From Candidatus Saccharimonadales bacterium (GTDB lineage: Bacteria; Patescibacteriota; Saccharimonadia; Saccharimonadales; UBA10212), in the NCBI GenBank assembly GCA_040900055.1, contig JBBDZU010000002.1, forward strand, positions 127,725 through 191,724: DNA of 64,000 nt, given 5' to 3'. The notes beneath the pieces were generated by a model. It saw nothing but the letters and a program-made list of their open reading frames with translations. It was not told where the DNA came from and did no database searches. This document shows positions 1 through 8,782 of the stretch, one piece after another. Within the stretch, counting starts at the first letter, position 1; each line of letters starts with the position of its first letter. A program made the translations under genes and the position numbers.

Positions 1-47
1 CCAAATTTATCGCCGTACCGTTTTCTTAATTTTTTAAGCAAAGAGTA

Positions 48-76
48 TTGCAATAAATTTGGCACTCGGCTATTAT
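48..76 (+). promoter_or_regulatory. sigma-70-type promoter of groES-groEL
   Basis: TTGCAA (48-53), 17-nt spacer, TATTAT (71-76). It lies 36 nt upstream of the groES ATG and overlaps the CIRCE repeat. Confidence 0.55.
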
Positions 77-85
77 GAGTGCCAG
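59..85. promoter_or_regulatory. CIRCE-like HrcA operator (inverted repeat)
   Basis: TTGGCACTC-N9-GAGTGCCAG, compared with the CIRCE consensus TTAGCACTC-N9-GAGTGCTAA. It lies directly upstream of groES. Confidence 0.75.
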
Positions 86-111
86 TAAACGCAATTTAAC
101 GGAGGAGAGCA

Positions 112-402
112 ATGGCATCCACACCACTGCAACCTTTGGCTGACTGGGTAGTCGCCGAACAAGAAGAAGCCGCTACCAAAACTGCCTCGGGACTTTATCT
201 ACCGGACAAGGCTGCCGAGAAACCCAAAGTAGCCAAGGTCCTAAAAGTTGGCTCAAAAGTTAAAGAAATTAAAGCCGGCGACCGAATTGTTTATAAAAGC
301 TATAGCACCACTGACGTGAAAATAGCTGACACCGAATATATTTTAGTAAAAGAAGAAGACATTCTGGCAACCGTCCTGCCTGCCGGCAGGCAAGGTAAAT
401 AG
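112..402 (+). CDS. groES: co-chaperonin GroES (10 kDa), with an unusual C-terminal LPAGRQGK tail
   Basis: 96 aa. Mobile-loop region and ...EYILVKEEDILATV match Cpn10. GGAGGAG SD. Immediately upstream of groEL. Confidence 0.95.
   Translation: MASTPLQPLADWVVAEQEEAATKTASGLYLPDKAAEKPKVAKVLKVGSKVKEIKAGDRIVYKSYSTTDVKIADTEYILVKEEDILATVLPAGRQGK
375..394. repeat. GC palindrome family copy 1 (CCTGCCTGCCGGCAGGCAaG)
   Basis: Matches the 20-mer found at 7806, 50662 and 50908 at 19/20 positions. The perfect 16-bp palindrome spans 377-392. Confidence 0.9.
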
Positions 403-415
403 GAGGAATAGATAG

Positions 416-2068
416 ATGGCTAAAAAAGTTTTTTATGATGATGAAGCCCGCAGGCGGGTTCTAGCTGGCGCCCAAATTTTACACGACGCCGTTAAAAGCA
501 CTATGGGCCCCAAAGGTCGAAATGCCGTAATTTCCAAAAGCTACGGCAACCCCACTGTGAGCCATGACGGCGTAACCGTGGCCAAAGGCGTGGAGATTGA
601 AGATGTTTTGACCGATAAAGAAGACACTTTAGGTTATAAAGTTGGCGCCGAGCTGATTAAACAAGCCGCCAGCAAAATGAACGATGTGGCCGGGGATGGT
701 ACGACAACCGTCACCATTCTGACATACCATATTTTAAAAGAAGCCAACAAGTTAATTACAGCAGATCACAGCCCAATGGACCTTCGCAAGGGCCTGGAGA
801 AAGCCTCCGCTGACGTGATTGCCAAACTAGGCACTTTAAGCGAAAATATTGGCTCCAAAAAGGCCCGAGTAGCCGAAGTAGCTACCATATCGGCCGGTGA
901 TGATCAAATCGGCCAACTAATTGCTGATGTTATGGAAAAAGTTGGCAAAGACGGCGTGGTGACTGTCGAAGAAGGGCAGGGCCTGGCCATGGAGAGCGAA
1001 GTTGTGGAGGGCTTTACCATGGACCGCGGCTACGTTAGCCCTTACATGGTGACCGACGCTGCCCGCATGGAAGCCGTTTACGAAAAGCCAGCCATTTTAA
1101 TTACCGACCAAAAAATCAGCTCGGTGCAGGAATTCTTGCCTATGCTAGAAAAACTAGCCCAGGCCGGCAAGAAAGATCTGATCATCGTGGCCGAGGATGT
1201 AGAAGGCGAAGCGCTAGGCACGTTGGTACTCAACAAACTTAAAGGCGTCTTTAATACTGTGGCCATCAAGGCTCCGGCTTTTGGCGACCGACGCAAAGAA
1301 ATCCTAGAAGACATTGCCATTTTAACCGGCGGCGATGTAATTACCGAGGACCGCGGCTTTACTTTCGAAAACGCCGAGGTAGCTATGGTTGGTTCGGCCC
1401 GCAAAGTTATTGTGACCAAAGACGAGACAACTATTATCGAAGGTGCAGGCAGCGCTTCGGCAGTCAAGGCCCGCATTGCCCAAATTAACAAACAAATCGA
1501 CCAAGCCAGTTCCGAATACGACAAAGAAAACCTAGAAAAACGCCGAGCAGCTTTATCTGGCAAAGTGGCTGTAATTAAAGTTGGCGGCGCCACCGAAACC
1601 GAAATTGAAGAAAAGAAATTCCGGGTCGATGATGCCGTGGCATCGGTAAAATCAGCCCTAGACGAAGGCGTGGTGCCAGGCGGCGGCATAACCTTAATCG
1701 ATTTGGCGCGAACCATAAAAGCCGAAGGTGCCGATTCGGAAACTGCCGGCGCCGGAATGCTAAAAAAAGCCCTACACGAACCGTTTAAGCAACTGATGGC
1801 CAACGCCGGTCTAAACGCCGATGAAAAACTGGCCAAGGTAACCGAGGATGCTTCCAGCGGCGTTGGCTTCGACGTTAACCAGCCCGACAAACTGGTTACC
1901 ATGAAAGAGAAAGGCATTGTTGACCCTACTCGGGTAGCCCGCGAAGCCATTCAAAATGCTGTTTCGATTGCCGGTACAGCCATGACTATGGGCGCCCTAG
2001 TCACCGACATCCCCGAAAAAGCACCAGCCGCGCCTGCCGCTCCTGCTGGCATGGGCATGGACTACTAA
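416..2068 (+). CDS. groEL: chaperonin GroEL (60 kDa)
   Basis: 550 aa. Contains AGDGTTT, the VVPGGG motif and a C-terminal GMGMDY-type tail. AGGAGG SD. Confidence 0.98.
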   Translation: MAKKVFYDDEARRRVLAGAQILHDAVKSTMGPKGRNAVISKSYGNPTVSHDGVTVAKGVEIEDVLTDKEDTLGYKVGAELIKQAASKMNDVAGDGTTTVTILTYHILKEANKLITADHSPMDLRKGLEKASADVIAKLGTLSENIGSKKARVAEVATISAGDDQIGQLIADVMEKVGKDGVVTVEEGQGLAMESEVVEGFTMDRGYVSPYMVTDAARMEAVYEKPAILITDQKISSVQEFLPMLEKLAQAGKKDLIIVAEDVEGEALGTLVLNKLKGVFNTVAIKAPAFGDRRKEILEDIAILTGGDVITEDRGFTFENAEVAMVGSARKVIVTKDETTIIEGAGSASAVKARIAQINKQIDQASSEYDKENLEKRRAALSGKVAVIKVGGATETEIEEKKFRVDDAVASVKSALDEGVVPGGGITLIDLARTIKAEGADSETAGAGMLKKALHEPFKQLMANAGLNADEKLAKVTEDASSGVGFDVNQPDKLVTMKEKGIVDPTRVAREAIQNAVSIAGTAMTMGALVTDIPEKAPAAPAAPAGMGMDY

Positions 2069-2152
2069 ACCGACCAGAAGCATAAGCTATATCAGTAGTT
2101 TGCGCAAATTTCGACTTTATATTAAAGTTAAAGTGAATTTGAGAGGCAAACT

Positions 2153-2569
2153 ATGGCTAACTTTAATCGCCCCAAAAACCCTTTCCCGCGACGCGTAGAG
2201 TCAGTGGATAGAACAACTACGACAGCTGGCCGGCCTAAGCCTCCTGCCTGGCTAGTAACGGTTGTTCGTCTGGTAATTATCTTGTTACTTGCCGCACTGA
2301 TTTTACTGGTTGGCCGTTGGCTTTATGATAAAGCTTTTCGAGAAGCGGATACGCCAGCGCCACAGCCTGCACCTACTACCCAGCCAACAACGCCACCTGC
2401 CGAACAAACTCCCCCTAACCAGCAGCCGTCAGCTGGGAATGGCACTCGTACTCCAACTACTGGAGAATTGCCAGACAGTGGCCCTGGTGAGGTCTTAGCC
2501 ATCTTTGTAGTCGCAAGCCTTACGGCTGCTTTATTGCACTATCGTCGCCATCGTCGTCGAGCCACATAA
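2153..2569 (+). CDS. small Pro/Thr-rich surface protein with LPXTG-like sorting signal
   Basis: 138 aa. N-terminal TM segment and a PT-rich spacer. The C-terminus has LPDSG, then a hydrophobic stretch, then an RRHRRR tail. Confidence 0.6.
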   Translation: MANFNRPKNPFPRRVESVDRTTTTAGRPKPPAWLVTVVRLVIILLLAALILLVGRWLYDKAFREADTPAPQPAPTTQPTTPPAEQTPPNQQPSAGNGTRTPTTGELPDSGPGEVLAIFVVASLTAALLHYRRHRRRAT

Positions 2570-2577
2570 GCGTATTA

Positions 2578-2610
2578 CTAGAAACTACAAACTAAAAACT
2601 ATAAACTAAC
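2578..2610 (+). repeat. CTANAAA heptad array (CTAGAAA CTACAAA CTAAAAA CTATAAA CTAAC)
   Basis: Read directly. The array is nearly G-free (one G, in the first unit CTAGAAA) and ends 4 nt before the pgi GTG start. No SD is present. Confidence 0.85.
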
Positions 2611-2614
2611 GTCA

Positions 2615-3652
2615 GTGTTAGACGACCTTAAATATATTCATCATCGCGACAGCTTGGACGCGTTAGGCGTGGCCGAGCGGCAGTGGCAGCAACTTCTGCT
2701 TGAGTTCGATACTACAAACTACAAACTAAAAACTACAAACATCCAGAATGTGGTTTATGCCGGCATGGGCGGCTCGGCCTTAGCGGCGGAGCTAAGCAAG
2801 ATCTGGCCAGGCTGCAATGTGCCATTTGAAATTTGGCGACAGTATCAGTTGCCGGGGTATGTTTCCAAAAACACTTTGGTTATCTGCGCTAGCTATTCGG
2901 GCAATACCGAGGAGGCTTTATCAGCATTAGCCGAAGCTCAGGAACGGGGAGCCCAAATAGCAATTATTTGCGGCGGTGGCCAGCTGCAAAAAATTGCCGA
3001 GGAACAATCACTGCCGATGCTACTTTTGCCAAAAATCGCCCAGCCGCGCTGGGGAGTTTTAGCCAACTTTAAGGCTTTACTGGCCATATTAGTCGCCGCC
3101 GGGTTGATTGATAAAGAGGCCCAGAATCAGGTCCAGCTAGCCGCTGATTTTTTAAAAAAAGAAGTTGGCGCTTGGTTGCCAACTGTCGCTACCAAAGAAA
3201 ATCCGGCCAAGAGCTTAGCCCACGAGCTAGCCGGTAAATCACCGGTTATTTACAGCGGCCCGCTTCTATTTCCGGCAGCATATAAATGGAAGATTAATTT
3301 CAACGAAAACGCCAAAAACATAGCTTGGTGCGGCCAATTACCAGAGTTTAACCACAACGAATTTATTGGCTGGTCATCTCATCCCATTCAAAAACCCTAC
3401 GAGGTGATTGATCTACGCTCCAGCTTTGAGGACCAGCAGATATCCAAACGCTTAGTTTTAAGCGACCGGTTGCTCTCGGGCAAGCGTCCAGCCGCTCATG
3501 TAGTTGAAGCAAAAGGCGACAGCTTGTTAGAACAGTTAGTTTGGGCGGTGGCTTACGGCGATTTTGTTTCAATTTATTTAGCCTTGCTAAATGGCGTAGA
3601 TCCAGGGCCAGTAGCTTTGGTCGAAAAATTTAAAACCGAGCTGACTAAGTAA
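2615..3652 (+). CDS. bifunctional phosphoglucose/phosphomannose isomerase (SIS domain)
   Basis: 345 aa. GMGGS SIS motif and architecture typical of archaeal/CPR-type PGI/PMI. GTG start. Confidence 0.8.
   Translation: MLDDLKYIHHRDSLDALGVAERQWQQLLLEFDTTNYKLKTTNIQNVVYAGMGGSALAAELSKIWPGCNVPFEIWRQYQLPGYVSKNTLVICASYSGNTEEALSALAEAQERGAQIAIICGGGQLQKIAEEQSLPMLLLPKIAQPRWGVLANFKALLAILVAAGLIDKEAQNQVQLAADFLKKEVGAWLPTVATKENPAKSLAHELAGKSPVIYSGPLLFPAAYKWKINFNENAKNIAWCGQLPEFNHNEFIGWSSHPIQKPYEVIDLRSSFEDQQISKRLVLSDRLLSGKRPAAHVVEAKGDSLLEQLVWAVAYGDFVSIYLALLNGVDPGPVALVEKFKTELTK
2712..2739 (+). repeat. CTAYAAA heptad array inside pgi coding sequence
   Basis: CTACAAA CTACAAA CTAAAAA CTACAAA, translated in frame as TTNYKLKTTN. 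Same motif as 2578-2610. Confidence 0.85.
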
Positions 3653-3683
3653 GGATTATCATCTGTTAAAATAGCTTCTTGTT

Positions 3684-3775
<92 letters not shown>

Positions 3776-3898
3776 GACATTAACGCTTATGTTAAAATTA
3801 AAGTAGCCGGTGCAGTAAGATTTCTTACCGCTAAGCTTGTTTGCACTGCGGTAAAATTCCATCCGGTGGATCTGTTAAATACAAAAAAAGGAGCACCA

Positions 3899-4339
3899 AT
3901 GACCGATAAAGACCAGATTAAAGAGATAGTCCAAAATGTTGCCCAACTCCAAGACCTAAAGCAGTGGGAAAAGCTGGAGCATTATTTTGTTAAGAAACCT
4001 TATATAGACAGCAGGGCCCTAAATGGCGAAGCTCCAGCAGCTATCTCTAAGCGGCGGCTAATTGATGGCTGGCGCAGAGAAATAGGCTCCTATTTTTATG
4101 CCACTAGACATTTTATAAAACGCTTGGCGGTTAGAATGCTTAATTCGCGGCGAGCCAAAGTCACCACGGCAGTAGAACATGTTCACTACGTGGCCGATAG
4201 AGGTGAAAGGTATGTTTGGACGGTTCGTGGTACCATTGACTACATTTTCATTAAGACCACAGGTGGCACTTGGAAAATTAGCCAAATGATATTTCGCTTA
4301 CAGGATCAAGCTGTCCGTCCACTAGGCGCTGCCGCTTAA
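3899..4339 (+). CDS. SnoaL-like / NTF2-fold protein
   Basis: 146 aa from the ATG after an AAAGGAG SD. The longer ORF from 3707 overlaps tRNA-Ser and is rejected. The sequence pattern resembles DUF4440/SnoaL. Confidence 0.5.
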   Translation: MTDKDQIKEIVQNVAQLQDLKQWEKLEHYFVKKPYIDSRALNGEAPAAISKRRLIDGWRREIGSYFYATRHFIKRLAVRMLNSRRAKVTTAVEHVHYVADRGERYVWTVRGTIDYIFIKTTGGTWKISQMIFRLQDQAVRPLGAAA

Positions 4340-4402
4340 GCTTTCGGAACTTCTTTTGCTTGCGCTACAATAAGCGTAAGTCATAAATTAGGTGGGCTAA
4401 AT

Positions 4403-5074
4403 TTGAACATCCTTATTGTTTACGCGCATCACGAGCCAAGCTCCTTTACGGCGGCTATGAAAAATGCAGCGGTTGAAACTTTAACTCGCCAGGGGCACCT
4501 GGTAACGGTTTCTGATTTATATGGGCAGGGTTTTAGCTCGGTGGCTCAAAAATGGGATTTTGTAACAACTAGCGGCAATCATTTTAACTATATGCTGGAA
4601 CAACGACACGCCGCGCGTTTAAACATGGCTTTCTCGCCGGATATTGTGGCCGAGATTCAAAAGGTCCAAGCCACCGACTTGTTGCTGCTTATAACTCCGA
4701 TTTGGTGGTTTAGCGTACCGGCCATTTTAAAAGGCTGGTTTGACAGGGTGCTAGCCATGGGTGTGGCCTGGGATGGCGGTAAAATTTATGAGAACGGCTT
4801 GCTCCGCGGAAAACAAGCTATGGTTATTGCATCGGCTGGGGGACCGGCCGAATATTACCGTGAGAGTGGCCGCCACAAGGCAAACGTCGCTCAGATACTT
4901 CACCCAATTAATCATGGGACCTTGGCCTTTTGCGGTTTAAATGTCCACGAGCCATTTGTGGGGCTAAATATTTTAGGACGCGACCAAGCTAGTCGTGAGC
5001 AACTGCTTAAAGATCTGCAGTTTCGCCTGGAGCACTTTGTGGATAGCCCCCAGTGGCTTATCCACTTTAGCTAG
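4403..5074 (+). CDS. flavodoxin-like NAD(P)H:quinone oxidoreductase (NQO1/Flavodoxin_2 family)
   Basis: 223 aa. MNILIVYAHHEPSSF N-terminus and PIWWFSVPAILKGWFDRV motif. TTG start. Confidence 0.75.
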   Translation: MNILIVYAHHEPSSFTAAMKNAAVETLTRQGHLVTVSDLYGQGFSSVAQKWDFVTTSGNHFNYMLEQRHAARLNMAFSPDIVAEIQKVQATDLLLLITPIWWFSVPAILKGWFDRVLAMGVAWDGGKIYENGLLRGKQAMVIASAGGPAEYYRESGRHKANVAQILHPINHGTLAFCGLNVHEPFVGLNILGRDQASREQLLKDLQFRLEHFVDSPQWLIHFS

Positions 5075-5120
5075 GCGCCTAGACAAGCCTATTGGCAGGA
5101 GTTGGGCTATAATTGAGGCC

Positions 5121-5798
5121 ATGATATTTCGGAGTGAGGCCGAGCGACGCTACGTGCGGGCAGCGGGGATCTTGAGTGGCCTTTGTTTAGTTTTTTTTGG
5201 GCTACAGCCACTAGCCGCCGACTCGCTGCGTTATTGGTTTATCCCCCAAAATCTAGGATTAGCTTGGCTGAGTTTGCTGTTTGCCTGGCTGTTAGTCGGC
5301 CAGCTTAAAATTCGCAGTTGGCTAAGCTGGCAGAATTTAAGCCTAACATTGCTCTGGCTAATATTTTTGCCTAATGCTTGGTATGTTCTGACTGATTTTA
5401 TCCATATCTTTCCGGCCGATGACGTTATCCATCTTTACGACATTGTGCTAATGAGTACCCTAGTGGTGAGCGGCTTTATTGTCGGCTTTACCAGCCTTTA
5501 TTTGGTGCATTTAGAGCTAATTAAAAGACTGGGGACCCGAGCCGGACATTGGCTGATTGGCCTAGTTATTCTGCTGAGTAGTTTTGGGATATACATGGGC
5601 CGGATCCTGCGCTGGAATACATGGGACGTGGCGGCTAATCCCAGCGGGATTATTCTAAATGTATCTGATAGGTTAGCTAGCCCCTTGGAATATCCGCGCT
5701 TTTTAAGCCTAACCGCCCTATTTTTTGTGTTTATTAGCATGATTTATTTGGCGCTTTGGCTATTTTTAAAACCGCCTAAACCATCGAGGCCAGCTTAA
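5121..5798 (+). CDS. DUF1361-like integral membrane protein
   Basis: Multi-TM protein with NAWYVLTDFIH and RWNTWD motifs. The start is set at an internal ATG to avoid overlap with the upstream gene. Confidence 0.55.
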   Translation: MIFRSEAERRYVRAAGILSGLCLVFFGLQPLAADSLRYWFIPQNLGLAWLSLLFAWLLVGQLKIRSWLSWQNLSLTLLWLIFLPNAWYVLTDFIHIFPADDVIHLYDIVLMSTLVVSGFIVGFTSLYLVHLELIKRLGTRAGHWLIGLVILLSSFGIYMGRILRWNTWDVAANPSGIILNVSDRLASPLEYPRFLSLTALFFVFISMIYLALWLFLKPPKPSRPA

Positions 5799-7466
5799 AT
5801 GGTGCAGGAGCTAAAAAAACTCTTGGCGGCGGAGTGTCAACGTCAATTTGATATTGATATTGAACCGCAGCTAGAAATCCCCGACAGAAAATTTGGCGAT
5901 TACGCTACAAACTTGCCGCTGCAAGTTGCCGCTAAAACCGGCAAAGATCCTAAGGCCATCGCGGAATCGCTGGCTAAGGTCTTAAAAAAATTGCCGCAAA
6001 TATCCGAAGTAAAAGTAGCGGGGCCAGGCTTTATTAACTTTTTTTTGTCTGACAAAGCGATTTTGGACAGCTTGGAACAGGGCCCACTTTTGCACTATAA
6101 GGGCCAAACTGTAGTTGTAGAGTATTCTGATCCGAATCCTTTTAAAGTGCTTCATGTCGGCCATCTATACACTTCCGTAGTGGGTGATGCGATTGCCAAA
6201 ATATTGGAGGCCGCCGGCGCTAAAGTAGCCAGAGTTAATTTTGGCGGTGATGTTGGACTACATGTGGCCAAAACTATGTGGGCTGTACGACAGCGACTAG
6301 GAGGTGAATACCCCGAAAAATTAACCAAAATGGCAGAGAAAACTGGACCCGATTGGTTAGCTGAGGCTTATGCAGAGGGCAACAGGGCTTATGAAGAAGA
6401 CACTAAAGCTAAAGAACAAATTAGGGAGCTAAATGAGCGAATCTATACGTTGCATGACGAAAAAGATGAGGACTCTAATCTAGCTAAAATCTATTGGTTA
6501 ACCCGGAAGTGGAGCTATAAATGTTTTGAGACCTTCTATGGCATGATTGGCACACATTTTGACCGGTTCTACCCAGAAAGTGAGACCGCCGGGCTCGGGC
6601 TTAAAGTAGTCCGCGAAAATATCGGCAAGGTTTTTGAGGAATCTGAAGGCGCCATTATTTTTAAGGGCGAAGTTCATAATATGCATACCCGGGTTTTCAT
6701 AAACAGCCAAAATTTGCCAACTTACGAGACTAAAGATATAGGTTTGGCTCTAAAAAAATGGCAGGACTACCATTACGATCGCTCAATCATCATTACTGGC
6801 AACGATATTTATGAATACATGCAGGTTGTTTTAAAGGCTTTAGAACAAATTGAGCCTGAACTTGCTAAAAAGACCGTTCATATAACGCATGGTCTAGTGA
6901 AGGCAACCGGCGGTATTAAGATGAGCAGCCGTTTAGGCAATATTATCAGGGCAGAAGATGTGCTATCAGCGGCTGATAAAGCTAACACAAAAGCCAACAA
7001 GCAGCAAAATTCTGATGTAGCGTTGGGTGCAGTAAAATATGCCTTCTTAAAGCAGCGAATCGGTGCTGATATAATTTTTAATCCAGACGAGTCTGTAAGC
7101 CTACAAGGAAACAGCGGGCCTTATCTACAGTATGCGTATGTGCGAGCGCACAGTATTTTAAAGAAATCAAACAATACTACCAAACCACACCCACTAGCCG
7201 CTAGCCTTGAGAATGAGGAGCGCAGCCTGGCCCGTAAAATTAGCGAATATCAGGAGGTTGTGACCAAAGCCACCGATGAGTTAATGCCGCACCACATTTG
7301 CACCTATCTTTATGAGCTGGCCCAGACGTTTAACCGCTTTTACGAGACTAATCGGATTATTGATGATCCCCGCCAGCCCATCCGTTTAAAGCTGGTAGGA
7401 GCCTACAGTAAAGTTCTAAAAAACGGCTTGGAGCTATTAAATATTCCGGTGCTAGAAAGGATGTAA
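5799..7466 (+). CDS. argS: arginine--tRNA ligase
   Basis: 555 aa. HVGH (HIGH) motif, MSSR (KMSK-like) motif and the typical C-terminal ...LERM. Confidence 0.95.
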   Translation: MVQELKKLLAAECQRQFDIDIEPQLEIPDRKFGDYATNLPLQVAAKTGKDPKAIAESLAKVLKKLPQISEVKVAGPGFINFFLSDKAILDSLEQGPLLHYKGQTVVVEYSDPNPFKVLHVGHLYTSVVGDAIAKILEAAGAKVARVNFGGDVGLHVAKTMWAVRQRLGGEYPEKLTKMAEKTGPDWLAEAYAEGNRAYEEDTKAKEQIRELNERIYTLHDEKDEDSNLAKIYWLTRKWSYKCFETFYGMIGTHFDRFYPESETAGLGLKVVRENIGKVFEESEGAIIFKGEVHNMHTRVFINSQNLPTYETKDIGLALKKWQDYHYDRSIIITGNDIYEYMQVVLKALEQIEPELAKKTVHITHGLVKATGGIKMSSRLGNIIRAEDVLSAADKANTKANKQQNSDVALGAVKYAFLKQRIGADIIFNPDESVSLQGNSGPYLQYAYVRAHSILKKSNNTTKPHPLAASLENEERSLARKISEYQEVVTKATDELMPHHICTYLYELAQTFNRFYETNRIIDDPRQPIRLKLVGAYSKVLKNGLELLNIPVLERM

Positions 7467-7467
7467 C

Positions 7468-7902
7468 ATGGCTAAAGTTCAGCTGTCTGACGAGGAACTG
7501 AAAAAGAAACTTACGCCTGAACAATACCGCATTCTTCGGCAAAAAGGCACGGAAGCGCCTTTCTCCGGTAAGTACCTAGACCACAAAGAAAAGGGCATGT
7601 ATACCTGCGCAGCCTGTGGCGTCCGACTTTTTAGCAGTGACACCAAATTTGACTCCGGTACCGGCTGGCCAAGCTTTTATGACGTTACGTCAAGTGACGC
7701 CGTTAAATTAGCAGAAGATAGCAGCCATGGTATGAACCGCGTAGAAGTTACCTGCGCCAACTGCGGCAGTCACTTAGGGCATGTTTTTAACGATGGACTT
7801 ACGACCCTGCCTGCCGGCAGGCAGGCTACCGGCCAGAGATTTTGCATTAACTCGGCTTGCCTCGGTTTTATGCCAGAAGGCAGCTCTAAGGCCAAAGGCT
7901 AG
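7468..7902 (+). CDS. msrB: peptide-methionine (R)-S-oxide reductase MsrB, with in-frame palindrome insertion
   Basis: 144 aa. Two CxxC pairs and GHVFNDG...RFCINS. An extra [10 protein letters not shown] sits where homologs have about 3 residues. Confidence 0.93.
   Translation: MAKVQLSDEELKKKLTPEQYRILRQKGTEAPFSGKYLDHKEKGMYTCAACGVRLFSSDTKFDSGTGWPSFYDVTSSDAVKLAEDSSHGMNRVEVTCANCGSHLGHVFNDGLTTLPAGRQATGQRFCINSACLGFMPEGSSKAKG
7806..7825. repeat. GC palindrome family copy 2 (CCTGCCTGCCGGCAGGCAGG)
   Basis: Perfect 20-bp palindrome inside msrB. Confidence 0.95.
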
Positions 7903-7904
7903 CC

Positions 7905-8735
7905 TTACCTAACGCGCTCAGATAGGCTGCGACCTAAGTCGGCGACATTACTGCTGCCAACACTGCGGGTCAAGACGCTAACAGCGTAGCTTCGACCATT
8001 TGAGTAACTAATAATTGCTACGTCGTGCCATTCTAAAAGTTCGTTCCAGCCAACCTTGTTATGAACGATAGCTTGGCTTATGCCGCTAGGCAGGCCGCGT
8101 CTATAAATGGCCGGCTGGTCTTTGAGCGAATCTAAAAATGCTTCGGTGTGAGCTTTGGTTAAATCACGCCGCTCAAACAATCTTTGTAAAATTTTGGAGC
8201 TGTCGGCTGCCGAAGTTTCCAGGCCGGTCATTGAGGTGTTTGTTAAGCCGTAAGTCTTTAACTTGGCCGTTGAGGCTTCTTTGCCTAGCTCTGCCCACAT
8301 TTTCTCGCCGCAGGGGCTATAGGAGTTTCTGATCATTTCATCTAGGCATTTGCCGCGGCTATAGCCAGTCAGATAGGCATCGTCCATTTGATAAGTGCCG
8401 TCGGCAGCAACCTTCTGGTAGCCTAAATAGGCCACATAGAGCTTATATAAGCTGGCGGCAAAATAAGGTTTATCGGCGTTTAAGCTAGCCACAGTTTTTT
8501 TGTTGTTAAGGTCAATAATCGCGACACTTGCTGTACCATTTTGTTTGGCCGCCCAAGCGTCAACTTCCGGCTGAAGGTCGATTACTGGATATTTGCTGTT
8601 GGGCTCGGCAGAGGACTGGTCAGCAGACTCGGTGCTATTTTTTGAGCCCTGATCAGGCCAAAAAATAAAAGCCACAATGACAGCTAATGCTATAAGGATT
8701 AGATACTTTTTTAGCTTTCTTTGGCGACGTGCCAT
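7905..8735 (-). CDS. membrane-anchored serine hydrolase, class A beta-lactamase-like
   Basis: 276 aa. N-terminal TM segment, SLYK (SxxK) motif and KVG (KTG-like) motif. Confidence 0.55.
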   Translation of the reverse strand: MARRQRKLKKYLILIALAVIVAFIFWPDQGSKNSTESADQSSAEPNSKYPVIDLQPEVDAWAAKQNGTASVAIIDLNNKKTVASLNADKPYFAASLYKLYVAYLGYQKVAADGTYQMDDAYLTGYSRGKCLDEMIRNSYSPCGEKMWAELGKEASTAKLKTYGLTNTSMTGLETSAADSSKILQRLFERRDLTKAHTEAFLDSLKDQPAIYRRGLPSGISQAIVHNKVGWNELLEWHDVAIISYSNGRSYAVSVLTRSVGSSNVADLGRSLSERVR

Positions 8736-8782
8736 AAAGACCAGTATAATCTTAAATTAGCTTTAAAGAGAGGAAACTTCAC

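Noticed and set aside
1078-1950. 290-aa ORF (and a 60-aa ORF at 1322-1504) antisense to groEL
   Set aside because: They lie entirely within the strongly supported groEL frame. The translation is low-complexity and Ser/Ala-rich, typical of antisense frames. No start context is present.
2578-2739. Heptad arrays or GC palindromes as a CRISPR array
   Set aside because: The repeat units are 7 nt and contiguous with no spacers. The 20-bp palindromes are tens of kb apart, except for two copies about 225 nt apart. No cas genes are present other than a Cas2-like-fold orphan.
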